From the NCBI GenBank assembly GCA_050294405.1, contig JBNKOC010000012.1, positions 128,001 through 192,000 of the forward strand: a stretch of DNA of 64,000 bases, in the 5' to 3' direction. The notes under the pieces were generated by a model, which did not search any database, was not told the DNA's origin, and was given only the letters and a program-made list of their open reading frames with translations. Each line of letters starts with the position of its first letter. Position 1 is the stretch's first letter. The DNA comes from Fibrobacteria bacterium (GTDB lineage: Bacteria; Fibrobacterota; Fibrobacteria; UBA11236; JADFYW01). The position numbers were made by a program, and so were the translations under genes. Below, in pieces: positions 28,132 to 38,353 of the stretch.

Positions 28132-29772
28132 TTAATGGTCTAATTGAGCTTTAGAATTCAAAAGAATTTTATGGGGAAATATTTCTTTTAAATCTTCTTC
28201 ATGAGTTACGCAAAGCAACCCTGTACTGTTCGGAGAGGGGCTAAATTGTTTTCTGAAATGAAGCAAATCCTGCATTATCCGGACTCTCTTGTTTCCGGGC
28301 AACCAGGTGGTGGGCTCATCCAATAGCAAATAACTTTGGGGACAGGCAAAAGCTGTGGCCAGACATATGCGCTGGATTTGGCCTCCCGACAATTTATCCT
28401 GAAAATGCCAGCATTCTTCCCATGTTTCTTCCGGGCTTTCCATATACTGAAATAGTAAATTCTTAACATCCAGTATCTGGCAGAGCTCCATGTAGCCTTC
28501 GGGGAAAATATTTGAAAATTCTTTTAAAACGCTGAGGTGGGCCGGAGTGATTTGGGCCTTTTGGGGCAGATAAAAAAGAGATGGCAATTTCCCTTTTTTT
28601 AAAAAACTGGGGTAGTTGATTTTTCCCTGTTGCGGATTTTCCAATTGGCACAACAGTTTTAGCAAACTGCTTTTTCCCCAACCATTTGGCGCACTCAAAC
28701 AACAGTTTTGCCGCGCGTCCCAATTTAAATTGAGGTTTTCCCAAATGGCTTTTTTTCCGGGATAAGCAAAGGTCAATTGAGATATCCGAAAACTGCTATC
28801 TTCATGAAAAACAGGGATAGAAGGCTCCGGTAAATTGTTGTTTTCTTGGTAAAACTCTCCTTCAATTTGTTTTGCTTGCACCCAAAGAGGATAATTTCGG
28901 GTCCACTCCCTTAAAGGTTTGTACATCAATAACATAAGGGCTCCGAAAGCTATAATTTCGGGATTTTTAAAGCTTTGGGGAGAAAGAAAAAACAAAGTTC
29001 CAAAAATTAGACCCAGGCTTAAAAAGTAGAGGGCCTCCATTAAGGAAGGAAAAAAAGCATGTGCCCTTTCCCAATGTAGCAATGGCTTTTCCTTGCTTTG
29101 TAAAAAACTTTGCAGCTTTTGGGATTCTCCCTGCAAAAAGCCATTAGGCTTTAGGAACTCAAGCTTTGCGCTAAATTTTTCCATCAGATTTAGAGATTGA
29201 GAGGCGCTTTTTTGAAAACTTTCATTGCTCTTTCGCAAATAACCAATTCTCAACTTGGATATCAAAAGAGCTGGAAGGGCAATAAATAAAAGCCCAAGAA
29301 AATAGGGGGCAGGAAAAATAGGAAGAAGGCCGCAAAATAATAGAAGTTGCAACATGGCATTTTGAGACTGGTAATAAGCCAAATACCCTTTTTGGACCAG
29401 TGGAAGTTTTCGCAAAAGTTCGTTTTGAAATTTTTCCAGCAAGGGGGAGCGGTAAAGGGCTTCTGAAGATTTGATTCTGCGAGATAAAATTTTGCTTCGT
29501 AGTTTTTGCATTCCCACTACAGATAAAAACACAGCCTTATTATGAAACTGCCACTGAAAAAATGTGCGGAGCCCCACAATAAGTAAAAGGCTCAAGAAAG
29601 AATTGGCCATGGAGAATTTTAAACTGGTTTCAGCAAACCAAAGTGGTTTTGTATTTATTAGAAGACTGCGCAGGGCGAGCACAAATAAGGCTTCCAGCAG
29701 AGCAGCACCCAGAGCCCAACCCAATAAAATGGGTTGGAAATTTTTTAGAGGGCTTCCAAAAACTGCCTTCAT
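28132..29772 (-). CDS. ABC exporter, fused TM + ATPase (divergent, MsbA-like architecture)
   Basis: TM N-half; Walker A APNGWGKS, LSGGQ, LLLDEPT, VTH. Confidence 0.82.
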   Translation of the reverse strand: MKAVFGSPLKNFQPILLGWALGAALLEALFVLALRSLLINTKPLWFAETSLKFSMANSFLSLLLIVGLRTFFQWQFHNKAVFLSVVGMQKLRSKILSRRIKSSEALYRSPLLEKFQNELLRKLPLVQKGYLAYYQSQNAMLQLLLFCGLLPIFPAPYFLGLLFIALPALLISKLRIGYLRKSNESFQKSASQSLNLMEKFSAKLEFLKPNGFLQGESQKLQSFLQSKEKPLLHWERAHAFFPSLMEALYFLSLGLIFGTLFFLSPQSFKNPEIIAFGALMLLMYKPLREWTRNYPLWVQAKQIEGEFYQENNNLPEPSIPVFHEDSSFRISQLTFAYPGKKAIWENLNLNWDARQNCCLSAPNGWGKSSLLKLLCQLENPQQGKINYPSFLKKGKLPSLFYLPQKAQITPAHLSVLKEFSNIFPEGYMELCQILDVKNLLFQYMESPEETWEECWHFQDKLSGGQIQRICLATAFACPQSYLLLDEPTTWLPGNKRVRIMQDLLHFRKQFSPSPNSTGLLCVTHEEDLKEIFPHKILLNSKAQLDH

Positions 29773-29840
29773 AGCCTAATTAAGTCCTGCGCTTGTATTA
29801 AAAAAGCCCTCATTCTTTAAAAATTAGCTAATCAAAAACC

Positions 29841-29869
29841 TTGTCGTTTGATTTTCTTTGTATTAGATT
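29841..29869 (+). promoter_or_regulatory. Putative sigma70 promoter of groES
   Basis: TTGTCG-N17-TAGATT just upstream of CIRCE. Confidence 0.45.
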
Positions 29870-29882
29870 AATCTCGCAAAAA

Positions 29883-29909
29883 TTAGCACTCTTTGATTGA
29901 GAGTGCTAA
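29883..29909 (+). promoter_or_regulatory. CIRCE element (HrcA operator)
   Basis: Perfect TTAGCACTC-N9-GAGTGCTAA. Confidence 0.97.
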
Positions 29910-29961
29910 AATCGGAAAATATTTAAAAAAAGTCAAAATACTTACTATAAAGGAGACAAGT

Positions 29962-30249
29962 ATGCCAATCAAACCACTTGCTGACAGAGTGATTGTGGAA
30001 GCCTTGGGCGCCGAAGAAAAGACTGCCGGGGGCATTTATATTCCAGATAATGCCAAAGAAAAACCTCAAAAGGGTAAAGTAGTGGCGGTTGGTCCAGGCA
30101 AAGCTTCTGAAACAACTGGACAGCTCATTCAAATGGAAGTTAAAACCGGCGACACCGTTCTTTATGGAAAATATTCCGGAACAGAAGTGAACGTGGATGA
30201 TAAAGACTATTTGATTATGAGAGAAAGCGATATTCTCGCTGTTGTATAA
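29962..30249 (+). CDS. groES: Co-chaperonin GroES
   Basis: [35 protein letters not shown] 29962 follows an AAGGAG SD. Confidence 0.97.
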   Translation: MPIKPLADRVIVEALGAEEKTAGGIYIPDNAKEKPQKGKVVAVGPGKASETTGQLIQMEVKTGDTVLYGKYSGTEVNVDDKDYLIMRESDILAVV

Positions 30250-30279
30250 GGAAAAATTTTAAAAAGGAGAAATTAAATC

Positions 30280-31932
30280 ATGGCTAAACAACTGATATTT
30301 GATTCTGCCGCAAGAAACAAGATTAAATCTGGTGTAGATGCATTAGCTAATGCTGTAAAAGTTACTTTGGGCCCCAAAGGTCGCAACGTAGTAATTGCAA
30401 AAAGCTTCGGTTCCCCATCTGTAACTAAAGACGGCGTTTCCGTTGCAAAAGAAATTGAATTGGAAGATGCCTACGAAAATATGGGCGCACAAATGGTTAA
30501 GGAAGTCGCTTCCAAAACTTCTGATGTTGCTGGTGATGGTACTACCACCGCTACAGTTTTGGCTCAGAGTATTTACACTCAAGGTCTTAAAACAGTAACT
30601 GCTGGTGCAAGTCCCATCGAAATCAAAAGAGGTATCGATGCTGCCGCGAAAGCCATTGTGGAAGAAATTGCAAAAATTGCAAAACCCATTAAGGGCACTG
30701 CTGAAATCGCCCAGGTTGGCGCTATTTCTGCTAACAACGAACAGGAATTCGGTGACTTGATTGCACAAGCCATGGAAAAAGTAGGCGAAAAAGATGGTGT
30801 TATCACTGTTGAAGAAGCCAAAAGCATGGAAACATCTTTGGATGTTGTTGAAGGTATGCAATTCGACAGAGGATATTTATCTCCCTACTTCGTAACCAAT
30901 GCCGAAAACATGGAATGCCATTTGGAAAGCCCTTATGTGCTGATTTACGATAAAAAAATCAGCTCCATGAAAGACTTGCTTCCCATTTTGGAAAAAACAG
31001 CTCAAACTGGCAAAGCTCTTTTGATAATAGCCGAAGATGTAGACGGCGAAGCCTTGGCTACCTTGGTGGTTAACAAATTGCGTGGCACTCTTAAAATTTG
31101 CGCTGTTAAAGCCCCCGGTTTTGGCGACAGAAGAAAAGCTATGTTGGAAGACATCGCTATTTTGACTGGTGGCCGTGTTATTTCCGAAGAAATCGGAAAC
31201 AAACTGGAAAATGTAACTATCGATGATTTGGGAACTGCTAAAACCATTAACATCGATAAAGAAAACACCACAATTGTTGAAGGTGCTGGCCGTGCCGAAG
31301 ACATTAAAGGTCGTGTAGCTCAAATCCGTCGTCAAATCGAAGAAACTACTTCTGATTACGACAAAGAAAAATTGCAGGAACGTTTGGCCAAATTGGCTGG
31401 TGGCGTAGCTGTAATTAAAGTTGGCGCTGCTACTGAACCTGAAATGAAAGAAAAGAAAGACAGAGTGGAAGACGCTTTGGCTGCTACCCGTGCTGCTGTT
31501 GAATCCGGTGTGGTTGCTGGCGGTGGCGTGGCTCTGCTTCGCGCTATTAAAGTTTTGGATAACTTAAAATTAAGCGGCGATCAGAAAATTGGTGTGGACA
31601 TTATGCGTCGCGCCATGGAAGAGCCATTGCGTCAAATCGTTTCCAATGCAGGTGGCGAACCCTCTGTTGTTGTAAACAAAGTAAAAGAAGGTAAGGATGA
31701 CTTCGGTTACAATGCTCGTACCGATGCTTATGAAAACCTTATTGCTTCCGGCGTAATTGACCCTGCAAAAGTGACTATCACTGCGGTAACCAATGCGGCT
31801 TCTATTTCCGGATTGTTACTGACTACCGATTGTCTCATTGCAGATAAGAAAGAAGAAAAAGCTGCTGGTGCTCCTGATATGGGTGGCATGGGCGGTATGG
31901 GTGGTATGGGCGGTATGGGCGGTATGATGTAA
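30280..31932 (+). CDS. groEL: Chaperonin GroEL
   Basis: [22 protein letters not shown] tail. Confidence 0.99.
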   Translation: MAKQLIFDSAARNKIKSGVDALANAVKVTLGPKGRNVVIAKSFGSPSVTKDGVSVAKEIELEDAYENMGAQMVKEVASKTSDVAGDGTTTATVLAQSIYTQGLKTVTAGASPIEIKRGIDAAAKAIVEEIAKIAKPIKGTAEIAQVGAISANNEQEFGDLIAQAMEKVGEKDGVITVEEAKSMETSLDVVEGMQFDRGYLSPYFVTNAENMECHLESPYVLIYDKKISSMKDLLPILEKTAQTGKALLIIAEDVDGEALATLVVNKLRGTLKICAVKAPGFGDRRKAMLEDIAILTGGRVISEEIGNKLENVTIDDLGTAKTINIDKENTTIVEGAGRAEDIKGRVAQIRRQIEETTSDYDKEKLQERLAKLAGGVAVIKVGAATEPEMKEKKDRVEDALAATRAAVESGVVAGGGVALLRAIKVLDNLKLSGDQKIGVDIMRRAMEEPLRQIVSNAGGEPSVVVNKVKEGKDDFGYNARTDAYENLIASGVIDPAKVTITAVTNAASISGLLLTTDCLIADKKEEKAAGAPDMGGMGGMGGMGGMGGMM

Positions 31933-31961
31933 TCCCCCTTTTCCCATTAAACTTTTTATCT

Positions 31962-32000
31962 GGCTCCCAATGCATTTTAAACATTGGGAGCCTTTTTTTT
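31962..32000 (+). terminator. Intrinsic terminator between groEL and hrcA
   Basis: GGCTCCCAATG/CATTGGGAGCC 11-bp stem plus T8. Confidence 0.85.
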
Positions 32001-32009
32001 AAAATCACT

Positions 32010-33053
32010 ATGAGCACTTTTGAAAACACCAAAATATCCGAAAAAGAAAGGCTGATTTTAACGGCTATTATTCAGGAATATATTAGTGGTGGGGCAGCTG
32101 TTTCCTCTAAATTAATTTCTGAATTACCGGGTATAAACGCCTCAAGCGCAACCGTTCGCAATATCATGATGCGTCTGGAAAAATTGGGCTTTTTGGAACA
32201 AAAGCATACCTCAGGGGGAAGGCAACCCACGGATTTGGGATATCGCTATTATATTGATTTTTTAGTGCATCTTTCCGAACTCAGTGAAATAGAAAAGGGT
32301 TTTTTAAAATCTCAATTGATCTTAACGGAACCCGAAAAAGAAATCTGGCACCTTACTTCCCAGGTTTTAAGCCAAATTACGAATTCAGTAGGCATAGCCG
32401 TTTCTCCTTTTGCCCTGAAAATGGGCGTGCTTCAGCAAATAAATTTGGTGCCTTTGGCCGAAGGCAAGGTAATGGTAGTGATATCCATATCGGGAGGGCT
32501 GGTTCGATCCATGCTTGTAGAATTAAGTGTGGATATTCCTCTTAACTTGCTGGAAAAGATAAATCGGGCTTTAAACGAAAAATTAGCCGGAAAAGATGTT
32601 TCAAAATTAAACGATTTTGTTATTTCTGGCTTACAGTACGATTTCAAGCCAGATTTCCACCAGCCCATTCGGATTTTTAGCCGTTCTATTTTGAAACTAT
32701 TCCAAGCGGAGGAATACGAAGGAGTCCATGTTTCCGGCACCCAGAATATGCTGAAACCCCAAAATTTTGATAAAATCGAGGATTTAGAAGGGATAATTGA
32801 GCTTCTGGAAAATAAAAAAACATTGGTACACTTCTTGCAATCACGGGAAACCAGAAAGGATGTCTTGGTTACTATAGGACGAGAGCATAACCAGCAGTTG
32901 TTTAAAACTCACTCGGTAATTACCTCGACCTATAACTACAAAGGCGTTCAGGGAACTATTGGAGTGATTGGCCCCACCCGAATGGATTATCCCAAGTTGA
33001 TGTCTGTGGTTGGATATGCAGCCAGACTTATAACACAACAGGGTCAGAGTTAG
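32010..33053 (+). CDS. hrcA: Heat-inducible transcription repressor HrcA
   Basis: SSATVRN.M..LE..G.L...HTSGGR.PTD.GYRYY and GVIGPTRMDY motifs. Confidence 0.95.
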   Translation: MSTFENTKISEKERLILTAIIQEYISGGAAVSSKLISELPGINASSATVRNIMMRLEKLGFLEQKHTSGGRQPTDLGYRYYIDFLVHLSELSEIEKGFLKSQLILTEPEKEIWHLTSQVLSQITNSVGIAVSPFALKMGVLQQINLVPLAEGKVMVVISISGGLVRSMLVELSVDIPLNLLEKINRALNEKLAGKDVSKLNDFVISGLQYDFKPDFHQPIRIFSRSILKLFQAEEYEGVHVSGTQNMLKPQNFDKIEDLEGIIELLENKKTLVHFLQSRETRKDVLVTIGREHNQQLFKTHSVITSTYNYKGVQGTIGVIGPTRMDYPKLMSVVGYAARLITQQGQS

Positions 33054-33061
33054 GAAATTTA

Positions 33062-33682
33062 ATGGATAAAACCACAGATATGGCACAGGAAAAAGAGAAA
33101 GATAAGGTGGAATTCAGCGCCGAAGAAAAATTGGAAGAGCAGTTGGAAACAGCTGAGGAGGAAGTTGAGGTAAAAGTTTCTGAGGAAGATGTAAAGGAAG
33201 AGGATTCTTCTGAAGAGAAAGAAGAAACAGCCTCTGATTCCGATAGCAAATACAAAGAATTAAACGACAAATATGTAAGATTGTATGCTGAGTTTGAAAA
33301 TTTCAGAAGGCGTTCTGCCAGAGAAGCAATGGAAACCCATCAAAATGCAAGCGTCAAGCTCATTGAAAAATTGCTTCCCACATTGCTTGATTTCGAGAGG
33401 GCTTTTAATGCCAACTCCGAAGGCCAGGCAAAAGAAGATTTTAAAGCAGGCATTAAAATGATTTTCAATAATTTTAAGGATGTTTTGGAAGATGCCGGAT
33501 TAGAAGAAATCAATCCCGAGGGAGAAGAATTCGATCCCAATCTTCACGAAGCATTAATGCAACAATTTCACGACACTGTGGAAGAAGATCACATCGTTCA
33601 GGTTTTTGAAAAGGGGTTCAAAGTAAACTCCAAAATTATCAAACATGCGAAGGTTATAACATCTAAAGGTAAAGAGGGTTAA
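33062..33682 (+). CDS. grpE: Nucleotide exchange factor GrpE
   Basis: [12 protein letters not shown] and FDPNLHEA motifs. Confidence 0.96.
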   Translation: MDKTTDMAQEKEKDKVEFSAEEKLEEQLETAEEEVEVKVSEEDVKEEDSSEEKEETASDSDSKYKELNDKYVRLYAEFENFRRRSAREAMETHQNASVKLIEKLLPTLLDFERAFNANSEGQAKEDFKAGIKMIFNNFKDVLEDAGLEEINPEGEEFDPNLHEALMQQFHDTVEEDHIVQVFEKGFKVNSKIIKHAKVITSKGKEG

Positions 33683-33684
33683 TT

Positions 33685-35640
33685 ATGGCAAAGATAATAG
33701 GTATCGATTTAGGAACAACCAACTCCTGCGTAGCAGTGATGGAAGGCGGAAAGCCCGTGGTTATTCCCAATGCAGAAGGGGCAAGAACAACTCCCTCCAT
33801 TGTGGCATTTGCAAAAGACAATGAAAGATTGGTGGGCCAGGTAGCCAAGCGTCAGGCCATTACCAATCCGGAAAAAACAATTTATTCCATTAAGCGTTTT
33901 ATGGGCCGTCGTCATAAGGAAGTACAAGAAGACGAAAAAAGAGTTCCTTATAAATTAGCCGGCGCCAGCGACGAAATGGTTATGGTGGATATTGATGGAA
34001 AGAGATACACTCCTCCTGAAATTTCTGCCATTGTACTGCAGAACCTGAAAAAAACAGCTGAAGATTATTTAGGAGAGACAGTAACTCAAGCCGTCATTAC
34101 CGTTCCTGCTTACTTCAACGATAGCCAACGCCAGGCCACTAAAGATGCCGGTAAAATTGCGGGTCTTGAAGTTTTGCGTATTGTAAACGAGCCCACTGCA
34201 GCCTCTCTCGCTTATGGGTTGGAAAAACAACACAACCAAACCATTGCCGTGTACGATTTGGGCGGCGGTACTTTTGATATTTCCATTCTGGAAATTGGCG
34301 ACGGTGTGTTTGAAGTGAAGTCCACCAATGGAGATACCCAATTAGGCGGAGATGACTTTGATGCTGCCGTTATGAACTGGATTTACAGCGAATTCAAAAG
34401 CTCTAACGGTATTGATTTATCCAATGACAAAATGGCCGTTCAGAGAATTAAAGAAGCTGCTGAAAAAGCAAAAATCGAATTGTCCGGAACAACCAGTACA
34501 AACATCAACCTGCCTTTTATCACTGCCGATGCTTCCGGTCCTAAACATCTGGATTTAACATTGACCAGAGCAAAATTTGAGCAGCTTACAGAAGAGCTGG
34601 TTAAACGCACCATTACTCCTTGCGCTGCAGCTTTAAAAGACGCAGGGCTGGATCTTTCAGAAATTACGGAAGTGGTATTGGTAGGTGGTTCAACCAGAAT
34701 CCCCGCAGTTCAAAAAGCCGTGGAAGAATTTTTCAAAAAACCCGCGCACAAAGGGGTAAACCCTGATGAAGTAGTGGCCATCGGTGCGGCCATTCAAGCT
34801 GGCGTTCTGGCCGGTGACGATGCGGTTAAAGATGTGTTGCTTTTGGATGTAACGCCCCTTTCTTTGGGAATTGAAACCCTGGGCGGCGTTATGACCAAGT
34901 TGATTGAAAAAAACAGCACTATTCCCACCCGGAAAAGTCAGATTTTTTCAACTGCTGAAGACAACCAGCCTGCTGTTAGCATACATGTGCTTCAAGGAGA
35001 ACGGGAAATGGCCCGCCACAATAGAACATTGGGCCGCTTTGAATTAACGGATATTCCCCCGGCTCCACGTGGAATTCCACAAATTGAGGTGACTTTTGAT
35101 ATTGATGCCAATGGCATTGTAAATGTAAGCGCCAAGGACAAATCCACTGGCAAGGAACAAAAAATCAAAATTGAAGCTTCTTCCGGGTTGACTGAAGAGG
35201 AAATTCAAAGAATGGTGAAAGAAGCCGAAGCCAATGCCGAAAGCGATAAGCAGGAAAAAGAAAAAGTGGAAGTTAAAAATCAGTCTGAACAAATGATTTA
35301 CTCCACCGAAAAACTTATCAAGGAACATGGCGACAAGGTGAGCGCTGAAGAAAAGAAAACTCTGGAAGCTGCCTTGGAAGATTTAAAAAAGGCCAAAGAT
35401 TCCGGCAATACGGATGACATGAAAGCTGCCCTTAAAAAGGTGGAAGAGTCCAGTCACAAACTTTCGGAAGCTATGTATAAATCTGCGGCGGAAGCCCAGG
35501 GTGCCGCAGGCGCCCAAGCTGGCCCAGGAGGTCCTCAGCCCGGAGCAGATGCTGGCGCCAACGGGGCAGAAAAGCCCAAAGACGCCGGAGCTGTGGATGC
35601 AGATTATGAAGTGGTGGACGAAGAAGAGGAAAAGAAATAG
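33685..35640 (+). CDS. dnaK: Chaperone DnaK
   Basis: [18 protein letters not shown] and [10 protein letters not shown] motifs. Confidence 0.99.
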   Translation: MAKIIGIDLGTTNSCVAVMEGGKPVVIPNAEGARTTPSIVAFAKDNERLVGQVAKRQAITNPEKTIYSIKRFMGRRHKEVQEDEKRVPYKLAGASDEMVMVDIDGKRYTPPEISAIVLQNLKKTAEDYLGETVTQAVITVPAYFNDSQRQATKDAGKIAGLEVLRIVNEPTAASLAYGLEKQHNQTIAVYDLGGGTFDISILEIGDGVFEVKSTNGDTQLGGDDFDAAVMNWIYSEFKSSNGIDLSNDKMAVQRIKEAAEKAKIELSGTTSTNINLPFITADASGPKHLDLTLTRAKFEQLTEELVKRTITPCAAALKDAGLDLSEITEVVLVGGSTRIPAVQKAVEEFFKKPAHKGVNPDEVVAIGAAIQAGVLAGDDAVKDVLLLDVTPLSLGIETLGGVMTKLIEKNSTIPTRKSQIFSTAEDNQPAVSIHVLQGEREMARHNRTLGRFELTDIPPAPRGIPQIEVTFDIDANGIVNVSAKDKSTGKEQKIKIEASSGLTEEEIQRMVKEAEANAESDKQEKEKVEVKNQSEQMIYSTEKLIKEHGDKVSAEEKKTLEAALEDLKKAKDSGNTDDMKAALKKVEESSHKLSEAMYKSAAEAQGAAGAQAGPGGPQPGADAGANGAEKPKDAGAVDADYEVVDEEEEKK

Positions 35641-35648
35641 AAATTTGA

Positions 35649-35698
35649 GCCAAGGGACAGCACGTTTTAATACGGCGTCCCTTGGCGCCTTTTCTTTC
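35649..35698 (+). terminator. Hairpin between dnaK and dnaJ (terminator or mRNA stabiliser)
   Basis: GCCAAGGGAC/GTCCCTTGGC stem followed by a T-rich tract. Confidence 0.65.
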
Positions 35699-35744
35699 AT
35701 GGTTAAAAATTCAATTGTAAACAAGTTATATTGAGGACCCCACT

Positions 35745-36866
35745 ATGGCCGATAAAAGAGATTATTACGAAGTTTTGGGGGTGCCCAAAGATGCAGACAA
35801 AGCGCAGCTAAAAGCCGCTTATAAAAAACTTGCCATTAAATATCATCCGGATAAAAACCCAGGCAATAAAGAAGCAGAAGACAAGTTTAAAGAAGCTGCG
35901 GAAGCGTATGATGTATTAAACGATCCTCAAAAGCGTCAGCAATACGATCAATTTGGTCACGCCGGAATGCAGGGCATGGGCGGCGGAGCCGGATTCAGTA
36001 ACTTTGAAGATATATTCAGCTCCTTCGGAGATATCTTTGGGGATTTTTTTGGCGGTGGCGGCAGAAGCCGGCGTCGTGGCCCTTCCGGGCCTCCCCGCGG
36101 TGAAGATTTACAGGTTAAGTTACCGTTAACCTTGCAGGAAATAGCCAAAGGCGTCAGCAAAAAAATAAAACTCAAGCGCTACAACAAATGCGGTTCCTGC
36201 CATGGACAAGGTGGTAGCGGAAAGCAAAATTGTCCCACTTGTGGCGGAGTGGGTCAAGTTCGCCAAACCCAAAATTCCATTTTTGGAACTATGGTTAATG
36301 TGACTACCTGTCCCGACTGTCAGGGCATAGGCACATCTATTCGCAACAAGTGCCCTGATTGCTATGGACAGGGTCGCGTCATGGAACAAGTTACCATTTC
36401 CATTGATATACCCAAGGGCGTTGCTGAAGGAAATTACATCACTTTGCGAGGTGAAGGCCACAGGGGAATACATGGTGGCGCTCCCGGCGATTTGTTAGCC
36501 ATTATTTTAGAAAAAGAAGATCCTTACTTTGAGCGCAAAGGCAATGATGTGTATTGCACAGTTGAGGTCCAGTACACCACGGTCGCCCTCGGTGGGGAGA
36601 TTCGCGTAAAAACTATTGATGGCGAAGTGGATTTGAAAATTCCTGCCGGAACTCAATCTGAAAAAATGTTAAGGCTAAGAAGCAAAGGTTTGCCGGATTT
36701 GAACACAGGCCACAGTGGTGATCAGTATGTTAAAATCCATGTGTTCACCAACAGCTCTTTGAGCGCAAGAGAAAAAGAATTGCTCCGTGAACTGGATGAA
36801 ATCCAAAGGGAAAATACCAGCGACGGATCTTTCTTTTCAAAAGCCAAGAATTTTTTTAGTTCATAA
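35745..36866 (+). CDS. dnaJ: Chaperone DnaJ
   Basis: J-domain HPD, G/F region, four CxxCxGxG repeats. Confidence 0.98.
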   Translation: MADKRDYYEVLGVPKDADKAQLKAAYKKLAIKYHPDKNPGNKEAEDKFKEAAEAYDVLNDPQKRQQYDQFGHAGMQGMGGGAGFSNFEDIFSSFGDIFGDFFGGGGRSRRRGPSGPPRGEDLQVKLPLTLQEIAKGVSKKIKLKRYNKCGSCHGQGGSGKQNCPTCGGVGQVRQTQNSIFGTMVNVTTCPDCQGIGTSIRNKCPDCYGQGRVMEQVTISIDIPKGVAEGNYITLRGEGHRGIHGGAPGDLLAIILEKEDPYFERKGNDVYCTVEVQYTTVALGGEIRVKTIDGEVDLKIPAGTQSEKMLRLRSKGLPDLNTGHSGDQYVKIHVFTNSSLSAREKELLRELDEIQRENTSDGSFFSKAKNFFSS

Positions 36867-36900
36867 TACATATGGGCTTTAACGACCTGCGGATATTCCC

Positions 36901-38262
36901 GTGAAAGTATTAATCATAGATGACAGTTCGGAGGAAATTCTTAACATCCTCCAGGGTTGGTCTGTGCCCGATACGGAAGTGGTTCACAGTTCAGGTGGCC
37001 CTGGGGCCATTAATTACATTACCAAGGGCGATTTGGGTGCGGTATTTATATCCACTGAATATTTTACCATTCAAAATCTGGACATACTGAATCTTATAAA
37101 AGAGAAAAATTCCGGAGTGGAAATTTTCATTATTTCTGACCGGGACAATACCGAACAAGCTGAAAAGGCCTTGAGCCGAGGTGCCCATTCCATACTAACC
37201 CGTCCCCTAAAGCTGGAATTATTTGAAAGTGTGGTTCGGAAAACCATGGTCCGAGCTCTTACCCGCGCAAACCACCGGGAATTAGAAGAGCATTTAATGA
37301 TCGACTTACTGGGATCCACACCGGCCATGGATAAAATTTTAAATACCCTAACTAAAGTGGCGCCTACAAACAGCAGTATTTTGGTGGAAGGGGAAACCGG
37401 TACAGGTAAAGAATTTTTAGCCAACTTAATCCACCGCATGTCCAACAGGCAGGACGAACCTTTTATTGCTGTAAATTGTGCGGCTATTCCCGAATCTCTA
37501 ATCGAAGCCGAATTATTTGGCTCTAAAAAAGGATCTTTTACAGGGGCCATAAGCGATAGAAGAGGGCTTTTTGAAGAAGCGGATAACGGTACGCTTTTTT
37601 TAGATGAAATTGGTGATTTGCCCCAATCTATGCAGGTAAAGCTGCTGCGATTTTTACAGGAAAAAGAAATTCGCAGAATTGGGGAAAATGAAAGCAAAAT
37701 TGTGGATGTGCGGGTGATTGCCGCTACCAATGTGAATCTGATTAAATCGGTAAAAGAGGGAAAGTTTCGGGAGGATTTATTCTATCGGCTTAACGTCTTT
37801 CATTTTAATATCCCTCCACTAAGAGAAAGAAAGGCCAATATTCCCCATATGATTCGCTATTTTGTGAAAAAATACTCAAAAGAGGCTCAGCGACATATAA
37901 AGGGAATAGCCAAAGAGGCCGAGCATTTTTTAATGAATTATGATTATCCGGGAAATATCCGGGAATTGGAAAATATTATTGAACACGCTGTGGTTATGTG
38001 TGATGGGGAGTACATTTTAATTTCCCACTTGCCAGAAAAATTGGTAAGCGCCCATCAAAATTTTGAGCGCTTGGCCCTTCCCAAGTCCAATAATGTAAAT
38101 GATGCCCCCAGCAACATTAAAACCCTTTCCCAGCTGGAAAAAGATTATATAATCCAAACATTGCAGTTTTTTAACAACAACCAAACTGAAGTTGCCAAAA
38201 AATTGGGCATTTCCCGATCCACTCTTTGGCGTAAAATCAAAGAGCATCAAATTTCTCTCTAG
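36901..38262 (+). CDS. Sigma54-dependent activator (NtrC family) with atypical receiver domain
   Basis: GETGTGKE, GSFTGA, LFLDEIG, FREDLFYRL, YPGNIREL, Fis-type HTH. Confidence 0.92.
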   Translation: MKVLIIDDSSEEILNILQGWSVPDTEVVHSSGGPGAINYITKGDLGAVFISTEYFTIQNLDILNLIKEKNSGVEIFIISDRDNTEQAEKALSRGAHSILTRPLKLELFESVVRKTMVRALTRANHRELEEHLMIDLLGSTPAMDKILNTLTKVAPTNSSILVEGETGTGKEFLANLIHRMSNRQDEPFIAVNCAAIPESLIEAELFGSKKGSFTGAISDRRGLFEEADNGTLFLDEIGDLPQSMQVKLLRFLQEKEIRRIGENESKIVDVRVIAATNVNLIKSVKEGKFREDLFYRLNVFHFNIPPLRERKANIPHMIRYFVKKYSKEAQRHIKGIAKEAEHFLMNYDYPGNIRELENIIEHAVVMCDGEYILISHLPEKLVSAHQNFERLALPKSNNVNDAPSNIKTLSQLEKDYIIQTLQFFNNNQTEVAKKLGISRSTLWRKIKEHQISL

Positions 38263-38353
38263 CTTAACTCTTGGGAAAGTTGGGACTTTGATTGAATTTT
38301 AGTTCCCAATATTTTATCCTATTGTGTACACCGGAAATTAGAGGAAGGAAAAA

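Noticed and set aside
29893..29961. Longer groES start given in the ORF track
   Set aside because: It begins inside the CIRCE; ATG 29962 has an SD and gives the normal GroES N-terminus
31879..31929. Tandem 9-nt repeats (ATGGGCGGT-like)
   Set aside because: They encode the standard GGM tail of GroEL; not a CRISPR or contingency repeat
30343..37730. Numerous antisense ORFs over groEL, dnaK, dnaJ and the activator (likewise over degP, tssA-C and others)
   Set aside because: They fully overlap well-supported genes and have no motifs; expected codon-bias shadows
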